DNA of 64,000 nucleotides from Eledone cirrhosa (Eukaryota): NCBI GenBank assembly GCA_964016885.1, contig OZ024745.1, positions 73,470,001-73,534,000 on the forward strand. Direction: 5' to 3'. Positions 1 through 14,200 of the stretch are shown here, piece after piece (the stretch's first letter is position 1; each line of letters starts with the position of its first letter). The notes under the pieces are model-generated. The model was not told the origin of the DNA, searched no databases, and was given only the letters and a program-made list of their open reading frames with translations. Position numbers and translations under genes: made by a program.

Positions 1-378
1 AGTATAGTATTACTGTTGAAAATGTATAGTATAGTATTACTATTGAAAATATATGGTATAATATAACTATTGAAAACATATAATATATTATTACTGTTGA
101 AAATATATGGTATAGTATTACTGTTGAAAATATATAGTATAGTATTACTGATGAAAATTTATAGTATAGTATTACTGTTGAAAATATATAGTATAGTATT
201 ACTGTTGAAAATATATAGTATAGTATCACTGTTGAAAATATATAGTATAGTATTACTGTCGAAAATATATAGTATAGTATTAATGTTGAAAATATATAGT
301 ACAGTTTTACTGTTGAAAATAAACAGTATAGTATTACTGTTGAACATATATAGTATAGTATTACTGTTGAAAATATGT
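1..378 (+). repeat. 27-bp minisatellite (agtatagtattactgttgaaaatatat), about 14 copies
   Basis: Unit read directly; it explains the SIVLLLKIY 9-aa repeat in ORF 70..522. Followed by (TA)n to about 521. Confidence 0.95.
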
Positions 379-391
379 ACACGAATATATA

Positions 392-891
<500 letters not shown>

Positions 892-1602
892 TTAATTTTC
901 CGTATCAAATTTTTCATATACTTCGTACGAGCATTTATGTAGTTTGCACTAGAATTTTTGTATCGTAGGGGCACCCTTAGAGATAGTATTAGTATTCATT
1001 TTCGGGATTCTGAATTATTATTTCGTATTAGTTTATTTTTTGCACTGGGTGGTTGCTGGCCTTGTGGCTAGGCTAGAAACAATTATTTCATATTAGTTTC
1101 GGGATCTGAATTATTATTTCGTGGTAGTTTTTTAGTATTTTGGCCCCCACTTGTTGACCTGTCACCGTAAGATATACTCGGTTGATTACTACTAACTCTT
1201 AAAATGGTCTCACTACAATTCCGTCCCACCTAGTAAACTTTTCTGTAGTTTAGCAGTACCAGTGAGAGACTTGATGACTGTGGTTAGGGAATAGTAACCA
1301 GAAATTGTTTTTGTATATTTTTAACATTCTTGGTATTCTTCTATATATTTACTCCATATTGATTTACTTATTGTTTCGACTTCCTCCCCCTCCCCTCCCT
1401 AGTATACTTGCTTGACCTCCTGCCCTGCTGTAGTTGGCACTATCAACGCACGACTGGGTTTCCTCCACTCCCTCTCCCTCTTTCTTCTACTGGCAGGTTC
1501 AGCTACCCCTTCCTTTCACAAATTGCCATGATAGAATTATGTATCTCAACAACAAACTTTTGACCAATCCTTGTGACAATCACTTTTACCATATATGGAA
1601 TT

Positions 1603-1697
1603 ACCCCTGAGAAGCTCAGCTATTCATATACCAGGATAAAAATGTTCATTTAGTCCAGAATTAGCCGTCGAAACGGCTTGAGCTCAGCCGTCGGGGT
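1603..1697 (+). ncRNA. Degenerate type I hammerhead-like ribozyme (family H1)
   Basis: acccc(1603-07)/ggggt(1693-97) stem I; ctgagaa core (off-consensus); GAAAC-ggct-tgagctc-agcc-GTC stem III and cleavage triplet. Family copies at 16784-16870, 43211-43382, 62674-62866; related fold-back at 7298-7462. Confidence 0.55.
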
Positions 1698-1796
1698 CCT
1701 ACTCGTTCCTATTACCCACTCTACTACCCTAAGTATTGAGTACTTTGGTGCGTTATGGTCCACCTGGTTCCTTACCACATTTCCTTCGTTATATAT

Positions 1797-1831
<35 letters not shown>

Positions 1832-1835
<4 letters not shown>

Positions 1836-2266
1836 CGATATTAATAAATGGAAACTATATTTATAAAACCATATTTATTTCATTATACATATTTCAAGGA
1901 TACCATTTTAAATTAAGGTATGCCTTCATCAGACAAAATACAATATATACCAGTTTTATGAATAAACATTGACGTACCCTTTCAAAATGCGACCGTTACT
2001 TTTGGAAGACATCAGGATATATATATATATATATATGTCAATGTTTATTTATAAAACTGGTATATATTGTATTTTGTCTGATGAAGGCATAACATAATTT
2101 AAAATGGTATCCTTGAAATATGTATAATGAAATAAATATGGTTTTATAAATATAGTTTCCATTTATTAATATCGTATATTTACTCCAAATACTTGTCGAG
2201 TGCTTTATATCAGTTATAAAAATATTTGCTTGTTGTATCCCAACAATTTAAATAGAACTTTTGCAT
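1832..2266. mobile_element. Fold-back insert in (TA)n, family H2, with an HHR in each arm
   Basis: Arms 1832-1973 and 2037-2178 are inverted; the right arm has an extension to about 2266. HHR 2071-2133(+): attttgt CTGATGA aggcata...tatcctt GAAA tatgta TA atgaaat, then aataaa. Mirror copy 1877-1939(-); further copies 32450-32512(+) and 43755-43817(-). Confidence 0.8.
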
Positions 2267-2345
2267 ATATATATATGTATATATATATAATTAATTAAAA
2301 TTTGGTTAGAAGCGAAGTCAATGCAGACAGGCAGACATACATACT

Positions 2346-2878
2346 ACTGTACGTCTGTATACATATATGTATGTACGTATACATACTTATATTTAAGTAA
2401 CAGCCGTACTAAGAGTGAGAAATGAAATTTCATTTCATTTTTTCCGTTTATCGTCTTCGGCGCGTCCGGCCGATTAACTCACTCGATATGCAAATTAGGC
2501 TGCTCAGCCGTTAATATGCACAAGGAAAGTATATACTTTCAGACGTTCAATCATCTGGCAGGAAGGTATACGTTGCTGACGATAGCTAATAAGCTTGGAA
2601 CTAGTACAGCGTTCCTTTGTCAGTGTTGAACAAATGAGCAACGATGGTTGGTAGACACTGTACGGCTTAATTTGGGATGTTTGTTTACAAACACACCGAG
2701 CATTATAATAAATGTTCGGTGAATCCATACGTACATATATATATGTGTGCATGTATGTATATATATATACATATATACTGTACGTCTGTATACATATATG
2801 TATGTACGTATACATACTTATATTTAAGTAACACCCGTTCTAAGAGTGAGAAATGATATTTCGTTTCATTTTCTCCGT
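2346..2878. mobile_element. Partial tandem element, 431-bp period, about 100-bp terminal redundancy
   Basis: 2346-2447 repeats at 2777-2878. The same family occurs at 38140-38330 and as a fold-back at about 39699-40352. Confidence 0.8.
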
Positions 2879-2884
2879 ATATAT

Positions 2885-3150
2885 ATTAAAATAACAGATT
2901 AAAGTTTAAGCAAAGAATGCTGCTTTCACCCTTAACAGGATCTTCTGAAAAAATCAATCTGTGAACGCAGAAGTAAATATTTCGAAAAATGTTGCAGCCG
3001 AAGGAAAACAGGAGAACTATACTTTAGTTTTTGAAAACGTTCTCTGGCAATGAACGGAAAAAAGCGAAGATAATACGTCGTTATGTGGACCGATGAGAAC
3101 AAATACATGCAAAGTCAAAACCACGTTTATAGTATAGAAGGAGTCATTAC
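2885..3150 (-). mobile_element. Solo pseudo-LTR fragment related to the PLE at 49.8-53.0 kb
   Basis: Matches 49794-50060 (ttaaaataacagattaaagtttaagcaaagaat...); bounded by TA repeats. Confidence 0.85.
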
Positions 3151-3182
3151 ACTAATATTCTATTTAGTATACATACATACAT

Positions 3183-3307
<125 letters not shown>

Positions 3308-3324
3308 ATAATTATAATAATAAA

Positions 3325-4417
<1,093 letters not shown>

Positions 4418-4518
4418 TTGGTATATTTGTGTTAGTTAATCAACCAACACTAGTATATGTAGGATTGAGCACTCGACGAAGTATACATGTTGGTCTATGT
4501 ACTCCGGTGTATAGGTAT

Positions 4519-4695
4519 AATAATTGTTTCTACTTTTGGCACAAGGCCAGCAATTATCCCAGTGTATTACTGGTACTTTATTCTATCGACCCCGTAAGGA
4601 TCAAAGGCAAAGTTAACCTCGGCGGGATTTGAACTCAGACCATAAAGAGCCGTAACTCTTTGCTGCAAAGCATGGCGTCCGACCATCTACCGATG
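4519..4695 (-). mobile_element. tRNA-derived SINE
   Basis: B-box gagttcaaatcc, central gccttt(c/g)atccttacggggtcgata..ataaagtaccag block, and gaaacaattatt tail on the minus strand. Confidence 0.9.
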
Positions 4696-6886
4696 AAGTA
4701 GAAAACAGTAGGTTTGAATTTACCTCATTTTATTTATTACAAAATCACTGATATACGTTGAGAAATTTGTTGAGAGCTTGATTGAAGGGAAAAGTCTCTG
4801 TCTTCAACACTTTCAGTCACGTCCACCACCCAATTGTCTTTCGCCCTAGTCGTTAGACTGGTTAAACAAGGCATCAATGCGATCATCTCAAACAGGCCTG
4901 ACTGATGTCATTTCCGTCAATGTAGAAATGGAAATGTCTCTCATTAATATCAACAGCCCAAGTATTTCTGGAAAGTATTCATAGCCCCTGGTTTCGATTC
5001 ACCCGGAACAGCCCAGAAAGTTGATATTCGTTCACACTAAAATTTCTCTCAGAGCATCGCCGCTTGCCTCTTACTACTATTTCTCTCTAAAATGTTAACG
5101 TGGAAGTTCTATCTGGCATATTAACCCACTACTTGAAGGTTGTGAGCGTCTGAAATGAACTGTGAAAAAACGTTTCTGACAAATGGGTAAGCCACTCATT
5201 CACCCCCCCCCCACACACACACTCCACCAAAATTCTGTAGATGCCACATGCCTGTGATTCATCAGTCACAGCATATAGTCCCCTGTGTACTAGGTGCTAA
5301 CAACAAATGGACTGCCTGATCAGTGGATCGCATCACTTTTATAAGCAAACAAAGCATATGCTCCAGTCTGGTCAGACGTAAAGTAGGGTAAGGTACGACC
5401 GACTGGTGTTAATACATTAATTTTTAGCTGTTCAGGAAACCAAGTTAAGCGAGCTAAGCCTACCCCTAGTCTTTAACGGTTGAAAAACATCACTTGAGTA
5501 GAAATTGGTCTAACGTGATTTGAACTGGAGCTAGAAAAACTAAAAGAGTACCTATATGTTATACAATGTATCTGGTACCTACCGTGATGTGTTTAATTTT
5601 CTGCAATAGCTGTTTTGCAGCTAGGTAGATTGGAGCATTGTGAGTTGAATATCATGACAATGACGACATGCGAGCCTTCAGCCCACCGGTAAGTCATCGT
5701 GCTAATTATTCGGTTATTTTGCAGCTCTCACTTCCTTGGCAACAACAGATCGGATAGGGTTGAAGAGGTTAATAGCAAAATAATATATATTTGAATACTA
5801 CATTTTAAAGAGCAAATGTTCTACCTTAATCTGACTGTTGTACTTTATGTAAGGATAGATAGCATTTCTTAATAAAAGTTGGGAATATTATGGTGCTTAT
5901 TGTAGATTTAAGGGGTGTCTACACCCCTAAATGTTCAAACCCTAGACCGATCACTAGGTACCTAAGTACAGTATAACATTGTTGGCAATAGTTAACCCGT
6001 GATTAAACAAATGAAAGAGAGACAAAACCTCTTTGTGGATGCTCGAATTGCTTAAAATAGCAGCCCAATTCCATCATATCGCATCTTGACATCGTTAAAA
6101 AAAGGGATACATTCCATAATATAGTCAAGAGGCATAAGAAGGATTTTTTAAAATTATAGGTCAATTTGATCAAAGAAGATGCTGGGCTAAACAGCAATAA
6201 ATTACAATATAGCACCACTGGTAGACAGCATATAAACAGTACTAACTGGCCACAGAAAATACAAAAGAGATTGCTGAATATTAAGGAGTCGGACATTATT
6301 TTGTATAAAATAGAAACGGAAGTCTCTCTAATGATATTTCAGTCTTTTAATATATTTTCAAGAATAACAGGATGTTTAATTCACATATCCGGTACACACA
6401 GGGGCGTATTAAAGCCCTATTTTTCTTCTAATCTCAACCAATGTGCCAAAAATGATAAATGTATTCAAAAAATACTCTGCTTATCAAACATCGGAAGTGC
6501 CCACCACCTCCCTCGATGTGACTCCATATTTGTTATATGCATTTTTACTTCTCACAGTGAGCTAACATATGACAAGTTATTAGGTTGCTAATGAAAGGTT
6601 CACCGTTAGCCTGACAAAGACATTTGGCTGTCAATGCTTTATCCATCTATGAGGGAGCAGCTGAATCTTTCCTAAGTGAGAACCGACAGATATTTTCAAA
6701 AAAGTAAAGTAAAAATTTCAAAATGTAGCAGATGATGTTCGAAAGTAGCTCAAAACGAAGTTTTTTGCGAGTAAATTATGAATGTCTTCGGATTTCTATA
6801 TTCTAAGTAATATTGGAGACTATATACAGTTCGACAAAAAGAAAGAAAATCACTACACACACACATATATATTCATTATTATTAAA

Positions 6887-7019
6887 TAGAGTTTTAATAA
6901 AAAGTGACCCTCGTTACACTGGAGTTTCGCCAGTTTATCACAGGGTCATCAGGCAAGACAACCTGTGACGAAAAGGCGAAACTCTTGGATAACAAAATTC
7001 CCTTTTTATTAAAACTCTA
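6887..7019. mobile_element. Diverged-arm fold-back with HHR-like fold 6909-6958(-) (family H5)
   Basis: tagagttttaataaaaag / ctttttattaaaactcta and gagtttcgcc / ggcgaaactc are inverted. Minus strand: cttgc CTGATGA ccctgtgataaactggc GAAAC tccagt GTA acgag. Confidence 0.6.
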
Positions 7020-7063
7020 CTTCGGTAATGAGTACACCTTTTTCTCAGCCGTCAATCACATAT

Positions 7064-7117
<54 letters not shown>

Positions 7118-7297
7118 GTAGGGGTCGAAACATCTCAAGTCCATCTCAATGGCTGATGACCATTGAGTTTTGTGTCTTTCGTTTGCATATTTATTTAAAA
7201 AAATAATCTTTTAACGTTTCCCCTTAAAAAATTGTTTCGTTTTGTTTTGTCTGTCTTTGTTAATTCTCCCCCCCCCCCTCTCTCTCTCTCTCTCTCT

Positions 7298-7462
7298 AAT
7301 ACCAGGTAGACCATAATCCTCCAGAGTACTCGATACTTGGGGTAGTAGAGTGGGTTAATATGAAGAAATTCAGAACTATTCATATTACCCACTCTATAAC
7401 CCCAAGTATCGAGTACTCTGGAGGATTATGGTCTACCTGGTATTTTACCACACCCTATCTGA
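7298..7462. repeat. Fold-back related to the H1 family tail
   Basis: aataccaggtagaccataatcctccagagtactcgatacttgggg...agagtggg is inverted at 7380-7444. Confidence 0.85.
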
Positions 7463-7553
7463 TATATATATATATATATATACAAGCAGGTAGTACAGCA
7501 TAATCGAAGCTCTGGTTGCAGGCAAGCTAACGATTGCAGTCGGAAAGTGCAGC

Positions 7554-8023
7554 TAAAGCACTCAATAAGGAATTTTACCTTAGAGTTTACATTACGTTTA
7601 GACAGCTATGCAAATTGAAGACAGCGACCGATAAGGGAGCCGCTAGGACCAGAACAACGAAAAAAAAACCGACCCAGGAAAATGTTGACAATACCTGGAC
7701 CATCGTGGAGAAATTATATAATATCTCCCCTAGGTTTCTGTAAATCCGAAATCAACAAAATCCATTTGCAGGGGCCTGCAAGTTAATTGGTTTTTGAAGA
7801 TAGAACAGTGAAATTTACTTCGTCAACAAGTTTCGTTCTGCTTCCACCGGTTGTAAGAACTAGTAGTAAACACCGCCAGTAGTCACGTGGAGGTAAAGCA
7901 CTCAATAAGGAATTTTACCTTAGAGTCATAACATTACGTTTAGACAGCTATGCAAATTGAAGACAGCGACCGATAAGCGAGCCGCTAGGACCAGAACAAC
8001 GAAAAAAAAACCGACTCAGGAAA
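7554..8023. repeat. Partial tandem, 340-bp period, about 128-bp redundancy
   Basis: 7554-7681 repeats at 7894-8023; lies between TA and GT microsatellites. Confidence 0.85.
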
Positions 8024-8036
8024 TAGATAGATATAG

Positions 8037-8174
<138 letters not shown>

Positions 8175-8200
8175 TCTGACGAAAAAGTATTTTCCCGTGG

Positions 8201-8382
8201 TAAATAATTGTTTCTACTGTTGGCACAAGGCCAGCAATTACCCAGTGCATTATTGGTACTTTATTTTATCGACCCCGTAAGGATGAAAGGCAAAGTCATC
8301 CTCGGCGGGATTTGAACTCAGATCGTAAAGGGACGTAACTATGCTGGAAAGCATGGCGTCCGACCCTCTACAGAAACTGCCA
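8201..8382 (-). mobile_element. tRNA-derived SINE
   Basis: Same consensus; aataat on both sides. Confidence 0.9.
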
Positions 8383-8504
8383 ATAATGACGTTATGGAGA
8401 CAAAAGTGCGCAGAGTGAAGCCGCATGCTTGGTTTTTGATAACCTCACTTCATGCGTCAATCGCTGTCAGCCTGTCGTGACAATTACATTTCTCTTCTTA
8501 CTGC

Positions 8505-8700
8505 CAACAATGAATTCCTGACTACTGTGATAACTTATGATGAGACATGGCTGTACAGCTACGACTCGGAAACCAAAGCCTAGTCATCATAGCGGAAGCA
8601 GTCAATGTCGTCAAGGCCCCTAAAAGCACGTTAGATGGAGTGCAAAATCAATCTAATGTTGACTGTTTTCTTCGACTACCGAAGAACATGCACCTGAAGG
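8505..8700 (+). pseudogene. mariner transposase fragment (first catalytic Asp region)
   Basis: Translation gives TYDETWLYSYDSETK and, after a break, MLTVFFD; these match the mariner TGDETW...MLTVFFD motifs. Confidence 0.7.
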
Positions 8701-8756
8701 CCAAAATATATATGGTCATGAGTCTGAGGTAATGAGCGGAAGAATACGATCGCGAA

Positions 8757-9152
8757 TACATGCGGCCGAAATAAAGTTCCTCAGAAGGGTCATAGGAGTA
8801 ACGTTACTCGATAGAGTGGGTAGCTTGGAGATCAGAGAGTTACTCTAGATAGAACCGTTATTTCGCCCAATTGAGAGATCACAGCACCGATAGTATGGGC
8901 ATATGATAAGAATGTTTCAGGAAAGAACTGCCGGGCAATGTTCAAACGGCAGGAGATCCAGGGATAGATGCTAAGCAAGATGGTTGGATAATGTCCATGA
9001 TTTCGCTTGGGGATCCAGCCGGATCAATTGGAGACAGTTGCTTCTGACAGGACCCTGAGGAAGGCGTGCTTGAGGACTTTGCCCTCACGACTCTCCCAGG
9101 AATAACTGAAAGAAGAAGAAGAAGAAGAAGAAGAAGAAGAAGAAGAAGAAGA
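8757..9152 (+). mobile_element. RTE-type LINE 3' end with (GAA)n tail
   Basis: AAEIKFLRRVIGVTLLDRV...IERSQ..YGH-type C-terminus; family copies at 27434-27770, 29490-29936 and 59588-59865. Confidence 0.8.
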
Positions 9153-9392
9153 AATTATTAAAATATAGCAACAGGGACTGTGGGCTGAGGCTTGCAGAAG
9201 CATCAAAATGTACTCGTTGAATTTCCATTTCGAATATATTTGTTTAGTCCTGAAGGTTGTTTCTGGTTAGAGTGCAGCCTGTGATTATGTGCTGCTTATG
9301 GTCGTTGTAGCTTCAGATTTTCTTTTGAAAAATTGGGGCCCAAGGTAGGACGGACGTAATTAAGGATTATATACTAATATTATTGTTTTATA

Positions 9393-9552
9393 CGGACGCC
9401 ATGCTTTGCAGCAAAGAGTTACGTCCCTTTATGGTCTGAGTTCAAATCCCGCCGAGGTTAACTTTGCCTTTCATCCTTACGGGGTCGATAAAATAAAGTA
9501 CCAGTAATACACTGGGATAATTGCTGGCCTTGTGCCAAATGTAGAAACAATG
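9393..9552 (+). mobile_element. tRNA-derived SINE, 5'-truncated
   Basis: Consensus match; attgttttata on both flanks (TSD). Confidence 0.9.
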
Positions 9553-9571
9553 ATTGTTTTATAGCTCTATA

Positions 9572-11200
9572 TCAGACACGGGCAACTTTTTTCGAGCTGT
9601 GGGCTACATAGGATGTGACTCTTCATAATGAATGGTTATAGTACAAGATCAACCAGTTCTAAGGAACAGAGATAACCGTTGTAGTGGTAGAAAAATGAGA
9701 GTGAGAGGAGACAACGTGTCTATGAACCAGAGGCTAAAGCATATCTGTAAGTGATTTTATGACAATTGTGACTTTTCTCTGGATGCAACCAAAGATATTA
9801 GTGTATGTAGGAGCAACATCACTGTTCCAAATGTGGAAGTAGTAATCCTTTGTGAATTCCACTTGAACTATGCAATAGATCACAGGTCACGAATGGTTGG
9901 GAGATGAAATAATTACTGATCCTACGGAGAAAAGCCAATCTTTAAGACGCAATCCTAGTAATTTTAAGGTTATGCGTTCGCCATGATAGATCCACAGTAA
10001 TAGCACTTAGACTGATCGCGAGGGTTCTAGTTGATACTTTGCATGTTCGAAGGAGATGAGGTGCAATGATGCTTGCTTTGTTCTTGTATACTTCTACCAT
10101 TTTCAGCATTCCTACCCTCTGTTTCCTTGCTGAATATTTTCTTGCTGTTTTCTCGCACGATTTTCTTGGTATTGGCCAGCATATATTCATCTATGTTTCT
10201 GCCATGTTTTTATCGTTCGACTGGCGTTCCATTTGTGACCATTCTATTTCTATTGTGGTACATTGATTTTTGGATTGCATTTTCCAATACGGTTTCTGTT
10301 TTAAGACGGTTTCTGTTTTAAGACACTTTAATGAAAATCTGGTTGTCAATTGTAGCAGGACCATTGTTAGTTCAAATAAGTACAATGAAATTTACCGCGA
10401 AGCTTTGCAAACAGTAGCTTTATGTCTATTAAAAAAGAGAAAAAAAATTAGATCTCTAATGAGTGAATTTAGGCGGTTTTAAAACAGATCCTTTTTTGTC
10501 TGGTTTATCGGACAAGTAAAATTAATACTAGATATATGCAGAGATTTATTCAGTCGTGAAAAATAAATGTTCGTATTTCTATTTTAAAATACTTTAGGCT
10601 TCTCACCATCTCCAATAGTCATAAGAAAACCTTTTAAACACAAGGATTTTGACATGGGGAATAGATTACTAAAATTATTCGTTTTTTAAGCGCTAATTCT
10701 AAAAGCTCTTGTTGCTAATTTCTTTTACTGAATCAACTAAAAGACTGTCAATGAAGTGAAATTTTCACTCCTTGAAATGAGTGAGTTTGATGTTGAATCT
10801 AAGTGATTTCTTCTCTTTTGATAATATATTTGAAATCATGAGATTGCTCAAGGTGAACACTAATTAAGTAGAACACCTTTCTTGGCTTTATGTAGGGCTG
10901 CATTATTTAATGTGTTCTGACGGTAGGATGCGAGATTTGGTTATTTCTAGTTGGTCTAACGACAACACAGCGGCTTCTTCGTTGGTTCATGAGTTCATAA
11001 GATGTTTGTCAGAAGTGTTCATACAATATCAATGGTATTTTCAGCCAATGGAATCCCTCTGTGAATGCACTTCTACTCTATGTATAACGTATCACCAATT
11101 GCTGTTAAGCCGGAAATGTTTTCAATGTGACGGCCATATTTGCTGGTCTTATTATTCTTTTAGGAGTTGTATGTCAAGTTTAACTCGATAGTCTTAGTGG
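9572..11200 (-). pseudogene. Highly decayed hAT (Charlie/GTF2IRD2-like) transposon remnant
   Basis: cagacacgggcaac terminus-like motif at 9573; broken minus-strand peptides resemble GDGE and VTxGxP motifs. Many stops. Confidence 0.3.
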
Positions 11201-14200
11201 AATATTCTGCTACATTTCGATTGGTACTTAACTTTGTCATTTTAAACTTCGGCAGTCTGTATCTCCAACTGTGATAAAAAAATAATTTCTTTTATTCATT
11301 TCTCAGCAGATATCACGATTCTTCTAAATAAATAAGAACCTTTAAAATTCATATATGACACTTGCCACCTCGGAAAACTAATAGAAATTGTTTTCAGACT
11401 GCCAAAAGAAATTTAATCTCTGCTAAATTTAATACTGAATTAACAATGTTCTCTATCACCTACAATATGGTCTTAACTCATTTGTCTACAACCGATATTT
11501 TATTTGTTTCTTTATGAAAATCAAATACAGAGTGCCTTTAGCTATATTCATTAAAAGGCTATCAGAATTTAGTATGATTTAAGAAGACGATATTTAAACA
11601 AAAAAATAATATAATTTCTGAATACTAAAATTAAGAAACTGTAACAGAGGAAAGTAAAACAAACAATAAGTAAATAAATATATTGAATAAATGAAGTAGA
11701 GACAAAAATAAAGAAGAGAAAATAGTCACATTGAGAAGGTTGTGATGGGCATAAAAGTGTATTGAAACACCGAACAATGCTTTTGGAGTTATTTAAATCG
11801 ATTCTTTTCTTTCTGGATCAATTGAGTAAATGACTTCCCTTCAAAAATACTGATATTCATTTTTAATCATTGTCTACAGAATGGTATTTGATAATTCATT
11901 GTTGTCATAAAAAGGCTACTTTTGTAATAGGCCAATATCGGAAATATACTTAAGAAATACATAACTGGTCGCCATTTTAACTATCCGAACAAAGGCTTTG
12001 TGTTACTTCCATTCATTTCTTTCTCTCATTTCTTCTCCACTTTTTTTCTCTGTCATACTTTCTTTATTTTCTTTTTTTTCATTTACCTTTCTTTGTTTCT
12101 TTGTTATTTTATTTTTTATTTTTCCTCTTTATTTCTCACATTCTTTCATTATTTCTTTTTATTGTCTCTTTTCTTCATTATTTTTTCTCGAAGAATTGTG
12201 AAGGAATGTACTATTTCACTTGTTCTAAATTTTGTTTCATTTTGTTAAAATATTTTGATTTCACACCCCCAAAATCTTTGATTCGATTGAATTTTCTTCA
12301 AGCATTACATCAAAACATCAGTTTGATAAAACGTTTTATTTTTTTAAGAATTCTATTACAAAACCAAATATTCGATTCGATACTCTAAGATTCAAAATCA
12401 ATGCTTAAAAAATTGATTTCTTCAAATTAATCCCCTGTCACCTTAATTCGGGTAGTTATGATCTTGGCTGACAACATTCTTCCATTACCGAAAATCAAAT
12501 GCTGTATAAAATGTACCATTAATGTTAAGTACAATATAATCTATATACAATATCTAAACCAAGTAAATACAATAAACATAGTGTACAGCAGAGTTTTGTT
12601 TCTCGTTATGTAGCCTTACTCTCTTGTGTTCAAGTATAACCTAAGATACTAAGATATTTAAGTGAAATTTATATAGTATCCTTTCGTTTCAGCATTGAAC
12701 ATTACGAAGAACCGAAAGTGCTTCTTTCCAGTATTTTTCCTTGTTCTCCAAACGATATGGTATATAATCCTGATTTGAAAAAACTTATAGTAGAATCTTG
12801 TTCTACGCAGTAGCTTAATTTACACTTACTATGTATAGGATAACAGTTAAAAGGATATAGGAAGACCAACATTTCTGCTGAATTGTATAATATTTCGTCG
12901 TTTACTTGCCAATATATTCGTCGCAGGTGCAGTCTCTAAAGAACAGCTCATGGTAACGTAAATATATGAGTTATGATAAATAAAAATTGTAAAATAGATA
13001 AATACTAAATTGATATTGGAAAACCTTGCGACAAAGATGAATAATGATACAAAAATAAAGTGTGAGAAGTTTATATTTTACTATAGTATGTAACGATAAT
13101 TGAGTTGACAAATTTGTTCGCAGGCTCCACATATATCATATCAACTACACTGTTTCGTTAGTGTCATATACATAGAACAAAAATAATGAAAAGAATGTAT
13201 AGATTTCGTCGAATTGGCTTCTTTATGGAGCAGTTCTTGATCAATCCAGGTATTTTCTTACAAATTGTTATCTATACATGTTATGAAAACGACTAAAGCT
13301 TAACATATACAAACCTATTTACTCAGCTGAAGGAAACCGGTAAGTAGATATAACTGGTAAAACTTAATGTAGTATTTGTCAGATAAATATTAACAGTTTG
13401 GTGAGAATTTTATCTTCCAAAATTCCAAGTACAACTACTCGCTGTAAGTTTTTGAAGCCAAAATTACGCAATGTCAAAATATGTGTCAAAACAATGTTAA
13501 AGCAACAAATTGACTAGTAATAGCAGCTAAATATCTACCATCTTAGGAAAAGATTATATTGGAAAATATAGTCCGAGGTAACATACACCCGCAAATAAGT
13601 AAATAATAAATAAAAAATAAAAAACAGTTGGTGTCAGTGGGAATATTTGTTATCATAAGTTCTCAACCAAGACAAAATAACAACAAATCCTGTAGAAGTA
13701 GAACAAATTATTAAATAACAACATTAAGGAATCTGCTTTAAAGAAAATATTTTCAAGGATTTTACTGCTGCAAAATTACTCGCACGTGTTTAATTTACAG
13801 TAGAACTATACGGCCCTCTTGGTTGGAATTCAACCATGAAATAAGAATTTAAATGCTAAGTATGAAAATCCAGCGAGCTGAAAAGTCTACATAACTGGAT
13901 GCTCAACCGGCTTCAAATAGGAACCAAATCCCTCTGAGAGTACACCTTACTGTCTAAGAAAAAAGGAAAACAAGACAAATTGGAAAACTTTGCCCTAATT
14001 CCACAGTGAATGAGACAAAGACAAGATAGTCATAGTGAGAATGCCTTTGATCATATGTCTGTTCCAGCAGAGCTGATCTGGTGCTAAACAACAAGAAAAA
14101 GAAGAAAAAAAATTTTTTTTTTCAGAATTCTATTACAAAGCCAAATATTCGATTCAATATTCTAAGATTTAAAATCGAAGCTTAAAAAATTGATTTCTTC

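Noticed and set aside
1-378. Regular short repeats suggesting a CRISPR array
   Set aside because: Contiguous tandem units with no unique spacers; eukaryotic context and no cas genes.
6166-6591. 141-aa ORF
   Set aside because: No recognisable domain beyond a faint hAT-like SG.H.GV word; not supportable.
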